Shown one piece after another: positions 18,440-28,418 of a stretch of DNA of 64,000 bases (its first letter is position 1; each line of letters starts with the position of its first letter). Source of the stretch: an uncultured delta proteobacterium. GTDB lineage: Bacteria; Desulfobacterota; Binatia; Binatales; Binataceae. Both the position numbers and the translations under genes were made by a program. The notes under the pieces were generated by a model. The model had not been told where the DNA came from, ran no database searches, and saw only the letters and a program-made list of their open reading frames with translations. The stretch lies in contig CAWCDG010000004.1 of the NCBI GenBank assembly GCA_963794325.1, positions 1 through 64,000 on the forward strand, read 5' to 3'.

Positions 18440-19252
18440 CTACGCTTCCAGAGTCATGATGCAATTTCGTAGCCGGACGGGGTCGCGCACCGTGGGTGTT
18501 CGGCGGACGTAGCCTGACGATTCGAGCAGCGTTACCGGATCGCCGCCTGACACGCCGTGCCAGCCGGGGTTGTCTTCCATGATCAGAAAGCGCGGGTACA
18601 ATTCGCGCCCGACCTGCGCCAGGTAGCGCTTGAGCACGCGGTATTCGGAGCCGCAGATGTCGATCCATGCGCCGTCAATTTTGCGAATCCGCTGATCGTG
18701 CACGACGGCTTCCAGAGGCCGTCCCATTATGGTGACGCCGTTGATCGAGTCCGACAGCAACGAGCTCGCCGCCCGTTCGCCGCTGGCCGGGACCCCAAGA
18801 TGCATCGTGCCTTCGTGATCCGACACGCCAAGATTGAGGGCGGTCACGTTGCGCGCGCCGTTGAGGCGTAGGTTGTGCTGGAGCCATTCGAAGCTGACAG
18901 GATTCGCCTCGACCGCGACCACCTCTCCGGCGGGGCCGACGAGTCTCGATGCGATCAGAGTCGAGAATCCGACGTGCGCGCCGATATCGAGGAAGACGTC
19001 GCCGGGGTGAAGGTTGCGAACCACGAAGCTGACCTCGGCGGCATCCCACAGTTGCGGTGCGAACAGCACGCCGCCCTCTACCCAATCAGCCGGGTCCAGG
19101 CACATCTCGAAATCGCGAACTGGAACCGTCGCACGCGCGCGCGGCTTGCGCAGGTAAGTGCGCTGCGCCAATCGCGCGACGCGGATACTGCCTCGGACCC
19201 GGGGCAACCTTCGCGTGACGCGCAGCCAGCGTTGCAACTCGGGATCAATCAT
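18440..19252 (-). CDS. FkbM-family methyltransferase
   Basis: FLDIGAHVG, VAVEANP, LGVSD; second motif atypical (WIDICGSE). Confidence 0.85.
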   Translation of the reverse strand: MIDPELQRWLRVTRRLPRVRGSIRVARLAQRTYLRKPRARATVPVRDFEMCLDPADWVEGGVLFAPQLWDAAEVSFVVRNLHPGDVFLDIGAHVGFSTLIASRLVGPAGEVVAVEANPVSFEWLQHNLRLNGARNVTALNLGVSDHEGTMHLGVPASGERAASSLLSDSINGVTIMGRPLEAVVHDQRIRKIDGAWIDICGSEYRVLKRYLAQVGRELYPRFLIMEDNPGWHGVSGGDPVTLLESSGYVRRTPTVRDPVRLRNCIMTLEA

Positions 19253-21005
19253 ATGGTTTGTAGCAATCGAGGGAGAGCTGCCACAGGACTTCCTCGCTCT
19301 CGCTGTTGCTGAGCGTTTCGACTGGCTTTGCGCAACGTCGCATTGCGTCGAGTGAATGGTATGGCAGGTGGCACCTGTTCTCCAGAAAGGGCTTCCAGTC
19401 GGCTTCGGGCATATCAAGCACGCCGATAAAAAACACTCGACCCCCATCATTCCGGACTTTCGAAACCTCGTCGTCGAGCATACGTAACGCCTTGGGACCA
19501 TTGACCGCGACAATCCCAGGGAGACCGAAAGGCTTTGCGGAATCACGCCAGAACGAACAGTAGAGAAGCGAGACCGGGTCCCAGTTCGATACCAGCAGGT
19601 CGGAAGGGCGCAAGGTCCTGGCCAATTGACCGGCGGCTCCGAGCCATGGCGTTGACGACCGGCTGGCTGTAAACGCGCCGGCGAAACCGAAGGTCACGAT
19701 GAGTGCGGTCAGGAGGGCGTCGGGGAGGAACATCAGTGGCGCGGAACTATCGAGAAGGAAAGGGCGGCGACCTGGCGCACTTCCATCTTGAATCGCAGGA
19801 CCCTCACCTGGCTGGCCGCGTTGCGGCCGGCCGCCTCCCCCGTAAAGTAACGGGCGAGGTAATATTCGCGGGTACAGCCGGCGCCATGCGGCAAATATCA
19901 CGCCCGATGCGAAAAACATCACGGCGAGCGGTTGCAGCCAGAGCTTGTCGTATAACGGGTCCCAGAAGATCAGCGGGAAGATGTCGAAGGCCAGGGCGAC
20001 TGCGCAGCATGTGAGGATGAGCCTCTGCATCCGTTCGAGTTCGGTCCAGACAGACACAAGGCGCCGCGACGTCCAAGCGAGCCATCCCACCAGCAGCAGA
20101 ACGGCGGCCGGGGTTAGCAGTATCCATCGGTCGCGATCGTGGGTTCGGAGCAACCAGCGGATACCCTGATAATTGATCGGCACGCTATGCACGATACTGT
20201 TGGCGAAGCCGATGGGAAGATTGAGCAGCTTGGAGACACCGGCCCCACCAAATACCTGCGACGCCTCACTCACCGCGAGGAAGCGACTCCACATCGCCAG
20301 CGGCGCGGTCGTGCCCGACAAGGCATAGACGGTCGCGTATGTAATGATTCCGCCCACCAGGCAGCCCGCTAGAAACAACAGCGCCAGATTGCGGTTGCGA
20401 GAAGTGCGAGGCGCATTCCAATTGTAGATTAGTACCAGCTCCGCCGGGCCTATCAGCGCCATGCTCTCATAGGTCGCCATCGCGAGCAGGAGTAATGCTC
20501 CGCCCGCGAACAGCCTGAGCCGCGAGAATGATTCCAGGCCCGATGCGACCATGGAGATTGAGGCGAAGCTCCAGAACAGACCCATCATCGGTTCGGCCGT
20601 GCTGGTCGCGTGCAGCAGAAACGCATTGGAGAACGCATAAGCACAGGTCGCGACCCAGGCGATGCCGATGCTCGCGGTCGCGCGCTGGCAAAGCAGCCAG
20701 AACATCGAGAGCGATCCGGCCGCAGCAAGCGCGTTCATCCAATGGGTCAGCCGGATAAAATCGAACGCGTTAGCCGGATTCACACCAGCGAGCGAGAGCG
20801 TTTTCATCCAGACGAAGACGTTTGCGAAATAGAGCAGGTGATTGTTTCCACCCGCAATCGGACGTCCGCGCGAATAGACAACGAGACACCGGGTGGCTCC
20901 GTCAACGGCGAGATACTGTTGCGTTCGAAGCAGAACGAACAACGAGACGGACGCGACAAAGATCCCAAGGCAGGTGACGAACTCGGAGCGACGTATCCGA
21001 ATCAT
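19245..21005 (-). CDS. Polytopic membrane protein (GT-C-like) containing an in-frame palindromic repeat
   Basis: Many TM helices; YLAVDG, NHLLY, AFSNAFLLHATSTAEPM; start overlaps the upstream stop. Confidence 0.7.
   Translation of the reverse strand: MIRIRRSEFVTCLGIFVASVSLFVLLRTQQYLAVDGATRCLVVYSRGRPIAGGNNHLLYFANVFVWMKTLSLAGVNPANAFDFIRLTHWMNALAAAGSLSMFWLLCQRATASIGIAWVATCAYAFSNAFLLHATSTAEPMMGLFWSFASISMVASGLESFSRLRLFAGGALLLLAMATYESMALIGPAELVLIYNWNAPRTSRNRNLALLFLAGCLVGGIITYATVYALSGTTAPLAMWSRFLAVSEASQVFGGAGVSKLLNLPIGFANSIVHSVPINYQGIRWLLRTHDRDRWILLTPAAVLLLVGWLAWTSRRLVSVWTELERMQRLILTCCAVALAFDIFPLIFWDPLYDKLWLQPLAVMFFASGVIFAAWRRLYPRILPRPLLYGGGGRPQRGQPGEGPAIQDGSAPGRRPFLLDSSAPLMFLPDALLTALIVTFGFAGAFTASRSSTPWLGAAGQLARTLRPSDLLVSNWDPVSLLYCSFWRDSAKPFGLPGIVAVNGPKALRMLDDEVSKVRNDGGRVFFIGVLDMPEADWKPFLENRCHLPYHSLDAMRRCAKPVETLSNSESEEVLWQLSLDCYKPYD
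19752..19869. repeat. 118-bp palindromic repeat, intragenic copy
   Basis: Ungapped alignment to 22200-22317, 92/118 identical by hand count. Confidence 0.9.
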
Positions 21006-22148
21006 TGCGCTCCGTTGAAGGACGCGCGCAGCGTCGCGACCGTGTGCCGGATATCGAAGCGGCGATCGTAAAGATCGCGCGCGGCGGTTCCGAGGCGCTG
21101 ACGTTCGTTGCCGTCGCCGATCAATCGATGCACCAGCCCGGCGACGGCGGGAATGTCGTTGGCGGGCGCCAGCGCCACTGCGCGCGATTCCTCCCACAGC
21201 GGTTCAGTCAGGCGGCCGGAGGTGGTCACGACCGGAACGCCATGTTCAAGCGGCGCCATGCAGCTGGTCTGCCGCGGGGAGACGCCATCGGGATAGTACT
21301 GGAGCATCAGGTCGCAGGCCGCGATCGAGCGCGAGACGTCGGCGGGCGGGAGCACTCCGGTGGCGACAATTCTGACTGGCGAATGAAGGACGCCGGCCAA
21401 TCATTCGATCGCGAAACTCGGTTCCGCGCTTTCCAATCAACAGAATGGACAAGTCCGCGTCTCGCTCCAGCGCAGCTGCGATCAATGCGGTAGTCCCGTC
21501 ATCGTAAACCGGGCCGTAGGCGCCGAAGTGCCCGGCAATCTTGCCGCCGGCGACTGCGACGCGACGCCGTATCGCGTTGGCACCGGCTTCGTCTTCGACC
21601 ACCGGGATAGTGCTGAAATTAGGAAGCCATTGGATTGTCTGCCGCGTCCTGCTGATCGAGCGCAACATCGGTTCCCACGCGGGAATCGTCACGAAGATGC
21701 GCTGCGCCGAGCGCGCCAGTATCGCGGCCATCGCACGCGTCACCAGCCCAAGAAAGTTGTGCCGCATCGACTGTTCGCGCGTCATCGGGAACGCGACTTC
21801 ATGAAACACCACGCCGAGCCGGCCGCGATAGCGCGACCCGAGCCAGACGCATAGCGGTATGTTCATCGCCTTCCATCTGAAAGCGTGCGGCACGTATTGG
21901 AGGAGGACATTGGAGTGCGAGGTTCGATCGATTCCGCGATCCATCGCCAATATCGAGCGCGGCCCGAAGTTGTCGGGCAGGCGATGCACACGAACTGGGC
22001 CGGCATCGTTGGTTGAACTGGAATTGCGCGGCGTCCAGACGTGAACTTCGTCATCGCATCGCGACAGGGCCTCGCCGACCTGACGCGTGTAGTCGCCGAC
22101 GCCGCCGATGTCGGGCGGGTACTCACCGGTTATCAGATGCCATATCAC
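21002..22148 (-). pseudogene. Glycosyltransferase family 4 with single frameshift near 21378
   Basis: TGEYPPDIGGVGDYT...QYVPHAF in one frame continues as RIVATGVLPP..ACDLMLQYYPDGVS..HGVPVVTT in another. Confidence 0.85.
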
Positions 22149-22199
22149 AGGTGCGATCGATTCCGTTCAGGGGTTTGGAACACAAGGACGGAAAGACAA

Positions 22200-22317
22200 G
22201 AGAAAGAAAGGGCAGCGTCGCGGCGCGCTTGCATCTTGAATCGCAGAACCCTCACCTACCGGCGGCTACGCCCGCCGGCCTCCTCTCCCGTAAAGTACCA
22301 GGCGAGGTAAGATTCGC
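22200..22317. repeat. 118-bp palindromic repeat, intergenic copy
   Basis: Homologous to 19752-19869; lies between the flippase and GT4 genes. Confidence 0.9.
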
Positions 22318-22359
22318 TGCGCTCAATTCATTCGCAGATTCTCTGAATGACACGGGGAA

Positions 22360-22393
22360 CCTAACCCCTAACCCCTTCCCGAGCGGGAAGGGG
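22360..22393. repeat. REP-like palindrome CCTAACCCCTAA-CCCCTTCCC-GAGC-GGGAAGGGG
   Basis: Perfect 9-bp stem after a pyrimidine-rich leader; similar architecture at 48690-48725. Confidence 0.7.
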
Positions 22394-22441
22394 AACCGGA
22401 TAAGAAGAGAACTCGCTAGTGCTGTCGTAGTGGCCGGCCGT

Positions 22442-23962
22442 TCACGCGGTCGCTGCACGGACCACCAGCCGGAAGCGGCTCATTAGACTGGCGCGATCTT
22501 CGGGATAGAAAACTAACAGCCATGCGAGCAGGAGATAGATCAATCCGGCGGCGGACATCTGGTAGGCGACTCCGATCCAGCCGGTGGCGCCGTAGGAGCG
22601 CACCAGCCAATCGACGACAGCCGCGTAGGGTATCGCGAGTACGAGCGGCGCGCCCACTGAAAACACCAGGCTCGAAGTCGACACCTCGAACATCTCGGAC
22701 ATCAGCCGCGGCATGTACCATACGCTGACGGCCAGGAATGCGGCGGTCGTCCCGAGCAGCGGGCCGGCGAGTCCGAACGCGAGAGTGAACACGATGCTCA
22801 GAGCGAGATTGAGCACCGTCTGAACGATGGTCATCGGGATGATTCTCTGAACCTGCCCGGTTCCCGTCACGCACCATCCCCACAGCGAGAAGATCGCCTG
22901 CATCAACGCGTTCGCTGCAGCCAGCGCGGTGATCAGGTCGCCGGCGTAACGTCCGCCTCCGACCCACAGCGAAACGAATTGGCGATTGAACGCCACGATT
23001 GGAATCAGCGCGGCCAGGCCGACTACTGACACCAGGCGGGTGAGCTCCAATAGCCGGCGGCTGAAGACGTCCGTGCGGCCTTGCGCGCTCAACTCAGCCA
23101 GCGCGGCCCAACTCGCGTTGCCGATTGTCTGCAACTCGCGCTGCGCCAGCGAGGTAAGGCGCTGGGTCAGCACGAAGGGCGTCACCAGCGCCGGCGACAG
23201 CAATCCCGACACCACGATGTTGTCGGTCACCAGCGAGATGCGGCCGCACAGGTTCATCACGAAGGTGGGGGCATTGAGTCTGCGCACGTCGGCGCGGGCG
23301 GTTTCAGCTGACGGGCCTTTGATGGCGTCAAGGAGAATCGCGGGGACTTCGCGGCGGCATAGCCAGAGCAGCGCGGCGTTGAATACTGCGGCGCCGGCGA
23401 CGACCGCGACGGATTGGCCGCTGATTCCCCATCCGGCCCACGCCAGGACCAGCGATCCTCCGGTGATGGTGACTGATTGCGCGGTCAGAAATGCGCTAAG
23501 CCAGTAGCCTTGCTGGCGGCCCTCGACGAGCGCGCGAAAGGGCAACAGCGGAGTCATCAGAACGCCGAGCCCACCGATCAGAAATGAGTATCGCAGGTCC
23601 GACGCATATTTCGGCTGCACCGGAATCAGGTGGGTTGCGAAGATCGCGAGGAGGACCACCGCGACGACGCTCGCCATTGCGACCTTGGAATACGCGCGGA
23701 CGCCGGTGACCATCAGATCATGCACGGATTTTTCGTCGCGGCGTGCTTCCGCGAGCGCGATCAGAGGCATCAGCGCGCCGCCGAGACCGAACTCGAGCAG
23801 GAACAGATAGGCCATCCAGTCGGTCGCGACCTGGAACGCGCCGAAGCGTTCGTCGCGCAGCCAGTGCAGAAGCAAAGGCGTCGCGAACAGGCCGACGACG
23901 ACCATGACGATCGTGTAGGCCTCGTGCGAAATGAGCGTCAGGATGAATCTTAGCGTTCGCAA
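22442..23962 (-). CDS. wzx: Wzx-like oligosaccharide flippase (MOP superfamily)
   Basis: ~500 aa, many TM helices, PLLLHWL..ERFG, LEFGLG, TDNIVV; locus context. Confidence 0.8.
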   Translation of the reverse strand: MRTLRFILTLISHEAYTIVMVVVGLFATPLLLHWLRDERFGAFQVATDWMAYLFLLEFGLGGALMPLIALAEARRDEKSVHDLMVTGVRAYSKVAMASVVAVVLLAIFATHLIPVQPKYASDLRYSFLIGGLGVLMTPLLPFRALVEGRQQGYWLSAFLTAQSVTITGGSLVLAWAGWGISGQSVAVVAGAAVFNAALLWLCRREVPAILLDAIKGPSAETARADVRRLNAPTFVMNLCGRISLVTDNIVVSGLLSPALVTPFVLTQRLTSLAQRELQTIGNASWAALAELSAQGRTDVFSRRLLELTRLVSVVGLAALIPIVAFNRQFVSLWVGGGRYAGDLITALAAANALMQAIFSLWGWCVTGTGQVQRIIPMTIVQTVLNLALSIVFTLAFGLAGPLLGTTAAFLAVSVWYMPRLMSEMFEVSTSSLVFSVGAPLVLAIPYAAVVDWLVRSYGATGWIGVAYQMSAAGLIYLLLAWLLVFYPEDRASLMSRFRLVVRAATA

Positions 23963-23980
23963 CGTTGAGTCAGCGCATCA

Positions 23981-24916
23981 TCAGATGCTGCGGGAACTTT
24001 TCAGCCCCTGCAGGAAGCCGGTATCGATCAAGTGGCGCATCCCTTCCTCGTACAGGAAATGCCGAAACTCTCCGGGGTAATGAGTACAAATCCGGTCGGG
24101 TGTGATTCCGACGCCTCCGCCAACCAGGTAGGTATCGGGCAGCAGTTCCACACCGGCCTTGGTCGAGCATAGGGCATGAAGCGTTTGCTCGAAGCACCAG
24201 CCGTCGGAGAACAAAGACTCGTTCTCGAGCCATCGCTCGATTGCCTCAAAATCGATAGTCGGCGGGCGGATCAGCGATAGACCGGAATTGATGAGCGGCG
24301 GCGGACGAACCCCGCAACTCGCTTCCAGGGCGTCGAGCGGCGCGGAGTAGTAGTAAGAGGAATCCTTGTTGTAACGGTTAGGGATGTGAGAATCGTCACC
24401 CGGAAGCAGCAAATCGGGACGGCGGAAGAACACAATGTCGGAGTCGATGCTGATGACGTAATCGGCGTTGGACATTGCGTAGAAATCGAACAGCTTGCGC
24501 GTCACTGGATTTCGCGAGCGCCAATCGATGCAGCGAGAGGCGTTCGCATCGCGCAGGCGCGCGGTCACTCGATCGTTGGCCTCTTCAACGGTGACGAGTC
24601 TTGCATTTGGAAAATGATCGAGCAGGCGATCGGCCTGGCCGGGTGCGAGCCCGCCGTCATGAATGAACAGAGGAAAATCGACGCCAGCGAAATGATAGAA
24701 ACTCTTTAGCGACCAGAGCAGACTTTGCCAGTCTCGGCGCCAAGTCAGGGCGCGCACCTCGACGCGTCCGTTGACGGCGGTTCTGATCGGCGGAGTCTTC
24801 AGGATAAGGCGCTGAGTCCGGTGCCTGCGGAGCGCGCGCCCGTAGCCCTCGCGACCTGCCGCACGAAGGTCTATCCATCGCGAACTTCTCCGGAGCCACG
24901 CCCTGGTCGCGTCCAC
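23981..24916 (-). CDS. Putative GT-A fold nucleotide-diphospho-sugar transferase
   Basis: LFIHDGG, RKLFD, SIDSDIVFF (DxD), INSGL, EQT. Confidence 0.65.
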   Translation of the reverse strand: MDATRAWLRRSSRWIDLRAAGREGYGRALRRHRTQRLILKTPPIRTAVNGRVEVRALTWRRDWQSLLWSLKSFYHFAGVDFPLFIHDGGLAPGQADRLLDHFPNARLVTVEEANDRVTARLRDANASRCIDWRSRNPVTRKLFDFYAMSNADYVISIDSDIVFFRRPDLLLPGDDSHIPNRYNKDSSYYYSAPLDALEASCGVRPPPLINSGLSLIRPPTIDFEAIERWLENESLFSDGWCFEQTLHALCSTKAGVELLPDTYLVGGGVGITPDRICTHYPGEFRHFLYEEGMRHLIDTGFLQGLKSSRSI

Positions 24917-24922
24917 CTTCGA

Positions 24923-26074
24923 TCACACCCTCGGCCGGCTGGCGCGAGCAAGTGGCTCCTGCGCAGCGGCAATATGACTTTGTCGAGTCCGAAGCCGCGC
25001 CGACAACGAATGCCCGAGCGCAACCAGCGGCCGCTCGAGCAAGTAGTAACTAGCCGACGCGCAGACGAATACCGCCAGGATGTTCAGCGGCCATTCCTGC
25101 ACGCGGCCGAACGGCAGCGGTCGCGGAATTCCCGATCTGACCAGAAATAGCTGCTGCCAGATGTAGAGGCTGTATGAAATCCTGCCGATCCAGCGCATCA
25201 GCGACACTTCGAGAATTCTGCTGAACAACATCGTGGGATTGAGCACTGTGCCGGCCAAAATGACCGGGACCAGGAAGCTCTCCCACGCCATCTGCAGCGG
25301 CGGGTTGAGCGCGATGCATGCGATCAGTGCCGCGATAAGGCAGGCGGTCACCGTCGCGGACAGGCGCCGCGTCAGTATCGCCCGGTAAGCGGGCCGGCTT
25401 ACGATCAGCGCGATCCAGCATCCCCAAAGCAGGCCGTCGAAGCGCGTGTCGGTTCTCTCGTAGATGTTGTCGTTCAGGACGCCCGGCCAGATTTGCCCAT
25501 GGAAAAAATGGAAGTCCACCACTCGCCAAACCGCAACGGCGATCGCGATGCCCGGCAAGTAGCGCCTCGCGCGATCGGACCCCATCATCAGTAATGCGGT
25601 GGGCCAGATGAGGTAGAAATGCTCCTCGACGGCGAGCGACCAGAAGTGTCCGGTGTACCATCCGGCTCCGTCCGGCATCACGATGTAATTGCGGGAAAAA
25701 AATACGCTGCTCAACCATTCGCGCGGACTGACGGCGATGACGCCGGCGATCGCGAGCAGTCCGACTATCGCCAGGTATGCAAATGCAGGCGGGAGAATCC
25801 TGAACACGCGGCGAATATAGAAACTGCCAAGGCTGAACCCGCCGGTTCTCTCACGCTCGTCGAGCAATCGCGCGCAGATGAGCAATCCGCTGATACCGAA
25901 AAACAGGTCAACCCCGAATCCTCCGCGCTGGCTCAGCGCGTACCAGGCCGGACTGGCGTATCGGCCTCCCGCGTCGAACAATGCGCTGCCGCCGTGCGCG
26001 AACATCACCATCAGGATGGCGATTGCGCGCCATCCGTCGAGCGTCGGGCGATAATCTTTCGATGGCCGGCTCAA
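24923..26074 (-). CDS. Acyltransferase-3 (OafA-like) membrane O-acyltransferase
   Basis: LDGWRAIAILMVMFAH, GVDLFFGISG, FYIRRVFRILP, HFWSLAVEEHFY, GRISYSLYIWQ; TTG start inferred. Confidence 0.92.
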   Translation of the reverse strand: MSRPSKDYRPTLDGWRAIAILMVMFAHGGSALFDAGGRYASPAWYALSQRGGFGVDLFFGISGLLICARLLDERERTGGFSLGSFYIRRVFRILPPAFAYLAIVGLLAIAGVIAVSPREWLSSVFFSRNYIVMPDGAGWYTGHFWSLAVEEHFYLIWPTALLMMGSDRARRYLPGIAIAVAVWRVVDFHFFHGQIWPGVLNDNIYERTDTRFDGLLWGCWIALIVSRPAYRAILTRRLSATVTACLIAALIACIALNPPLQMAWESFLVPVILAGTVLNPTMLFSRILEVSLMRWIGRISYSLYIWQQLFLVRSGIPRPLPFGRVQEWPLNILAVFVCASASYYLLERPLVALGHSLSARLRTRQSHIAAAQEPLARASRPRV

Positions 26075-27291
26075 GAGGCGAGCGTCACGCGGTTGGGTTC
26101 GCGACTGAGTCGCGCGAGTATGTCCCGGTAGCATCCTTCGACTGCATCAAGCGCGCGCGTCGGCGAGCATTGGGTTTCGATCAGTTGCCGCGCGGCGCGC
26201 CGCAAGCGCTCTTGATCGGGAACGTTTCGCAGGAGCGCCACCGTGCGCTCGATGATTGTGCCGTCGTCGTCGCTCACGATCAGATGTTCACCGTCGCGGA
26301 CCGGAAGTCCCTCGATTCCTTCGGTGTTGGTGACGACCGGGACCCCGAATGCCATCGCCTCGACGATCTTCACTTTGATTCCGCTGGCGTGATCGGCCGC
26401 ATGCACCAGCACGCTGCTGTTGAAGTACGGGCGGATGTCGGGAACGTCTTCGATGATTTCAACGTCGGGCATCGCGACGTATTCACGCAGCATCGAGCGC
26501 GCGCGCCATCCGACGATTCGCAGCCTGGCATCCGGGACCATCTGCTTGATGCCGGGCCATAGGCGCGTCAGCAACCGCACGGTGGCCGAGTATGACGGCC
26601 GCCAATTCATCGAGCCAATCGCGCTGACCAGCGGGCTGGTTGGGCGCTCCGACGCCGGGACGAATCGGTAAAGCGCAGAGTCAATCGCAAACGGAAACCG
26701 GAAGATCGACACTTTGTCGCCGATAATCTCGCGGGCTGCGCTTTCCAGGCGCGGAGTGATCGCGGCGACGTTGCCGAACCGGCGCAGGAGGTTTCGCTCG
26801 GCCCGCTTTCGAAGAGCATTTTGCAATCCGGTGCGGATATCCTCGAAGCTGCGATTGGCGTCGTCGATTGCGTACAGGTAGTGGAGGTTGACCAGCACCT
26901 TGGCGGGATCGACGTCGAGTGCGGTCCATCCGCTCCACAGCGTTTCGAGATGAACCAGGTCGTAGCTTTCGCGCAGGACGGCCGCCAGTTCGCGCCGGAC
27001 TTTATCGTGGAACAGGTATGAATGCGGTCTTCGAATCGTCTCGAGTTTTGCGGCGACTCCGTTGCGCCGATCGATTGGTGGATAGCAACGGAGATCGTAT
27101 TGCGGAGCGGGGAAAATCGCCGCCGCCTTCTCGACGTCCACTGGATTGCTGCACACCGCAAATGCCGTGACCCGATGGCCGCGCTGGACCAGCCCGCGGA
27201 GCAGCACGTAGTACCATCGCGCGGCCGCGTTTCCGAAAGGAAGCGGCGGTTCGATCATTACAATTACGACGCGGAGCGGCTTCACGCACAT
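26071..27291 (-). CDS. Glycosyltransferase family 4
   Basis: IGSMNWRP, SGIKVKIVEAMAFGVPVV. Confidence 0.88.
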   Translation of the reverse strand: MCVKPLRVVIVMIEPPLPFGNAAARWYYVLLRGLVQRGHRVTAFAVCSNPVDVEKAAAIFPAPQYDLRCYPPIDRRNGVAAKLETIRRPHSYLFHDKVRRELAAVLRESYDLVHLETLWSGWTALDVDPAKVLVNLHYLYAIDDANRSFEDIRTGLQNALRKRAERNLLRRFGNVAAITPRLESAAREIIGDKVSIFRFPFAIDSALYRFVPASERPTSPLVSAIGSMNWRPSYSATVRLLTRLWPGIKQMVPDARLRIVGWRARSMLREYVAMPDVEIIEDVPDIRPYFNSSVLVHAADHASGIKVKIVEAMAFGVPVVTNTEGIEGLPVRDGEHLIVSDDDGTIIERTVALLRNVPDQERLRRAARQLIETQCSPTRALDAVEGCYRDILARLSREPNRVTLAS

Positions 27292-28418
27292 TCCACTATG
27301 TCGATAAACTCGGAAGCCATGTCGGCCCATGAATGCTGCCGCAGTTTAGCAGAGACAATCGCGGCGGCGGCGGCAAAGTCCGCCCGGCGCGACCACCACA
27401 GACGGATTCGATCGACCAGGCCATCGACATTCTCGGGATCGGACAACATGAGCGCCTCGAGTCCGTCGCCCAAGCGCTCGGTGACCGGCGCCGCCTGGCT
27501 TACGATCACAGGCAATCCACAGCTCACCGCCTCCTGGACCGCCAGGCCGTAGCCTTCGTAACGGGTCGGAGAAACCAGCGCATCGGATGCCGCCATGACT
27601 TCGGGCAGGTCCTTGCAGAAACCCATAAAATTGATGCGTGACGCCAACCCTGCCTCGGCGGCCCGGGCTTTCCACGCCGGAAGCTCGGCGCCGGTGCCGA
27701 TGACGATCAACTTCGCGCACCAGTCGCTACTCGCGCATAGTTTCTGCCAGGCGCTGAACAGCGTATCGAAACCCTTGCGTCGATCGCCAAGCGCGCCGAC
27801 AAAGACCAGCACCGGAGTGCTCGGCGCCCAGCCGAGAGACGATCGGATGGCGGCGCGCTCGACAGGCGAGCGCGGACGAAACATTTCCCCGTCGACGCCG
27901 AGGTAGACCGTATGTATTCGATCCTCGGGCAGGCCAAGATCGCGAATCAGTTCATCCCGTGTCCGGTTGGAATCGCAAATGACAACGCGCGCCGCGGCGA
28001 ACGCTTTACGATCCGATGCGGCGGCGGACCTGAATGAAATCTCGGCCTTGAGTTTCCATAGCAGGTTCGCGGTTACCTGGGGTTTGTAGGAGACGTGAAG
28101 GTGATGAGCCCAGTTGATGTCGGGCCATACACAGTTGCCGCCGTTCACCACCACTCGCCCTCCGCGAGTGGCGATTTTCCGCGCCCATTTCAGGCCTGTG
28201 CGAGCCAGCAGTGGGCCTGCAAGAAAGTACGAGTTCAGTGGCTTCGGCACGCGGTGGAAGATCACATTCGGATAGTCGGCAAATTCGTCGTCAATCCGAT
28301 ACGCGACCAAATGAGTTTCGTAACCTCGTTCCGCCAGGTACTTCGCGAGGGCATAGTTGGCCCAGTCCATCCCTCCGGTCTTGACGAAGTCTCCGGTGAC
28401 AATCAGGTATGGCTTCAT
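27282..28418 (-). CDS. Glycosyltransferase family 4
   Basis: MKPYLIVTGDFVKTGGMD, FVGALGDRRKG, YEGYGLAVQEAVSCGLP. Confidence 0.9.
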   Translation of the reverse strand: MKPYLIVTGDFVKTGGMDWANYALAKYLAERGYETHLVAYRIDDEFADYPNVIFHRVPKPLNSYFLAGPLLARTGLKWARKIATRGGRVVVNGGNCVWPDINWAHHLHVSYKPQVTANLLWKLKAEISFRSAAASDRKAFAAARVVICDSNRTRDELIRDLGLPEDRIHTVYLGVDGEMFRPRSPVERAAIRSSLGWAPSTPVLVFVGALGDRRKGFDTLFSAWQKLCASSDWCAKLIVIGTGAELPAWKARAAEAGLASRINFMGFCKDLPEVMAASDALVSPTRYEGYGLAVQEAVSCGLPVIVSQAAPVTERLGDGLEALMLSDPENVDGLVDRIRLWWSRRADFAAAAAIVSAKLRQHSWADMASEFIDIVECA

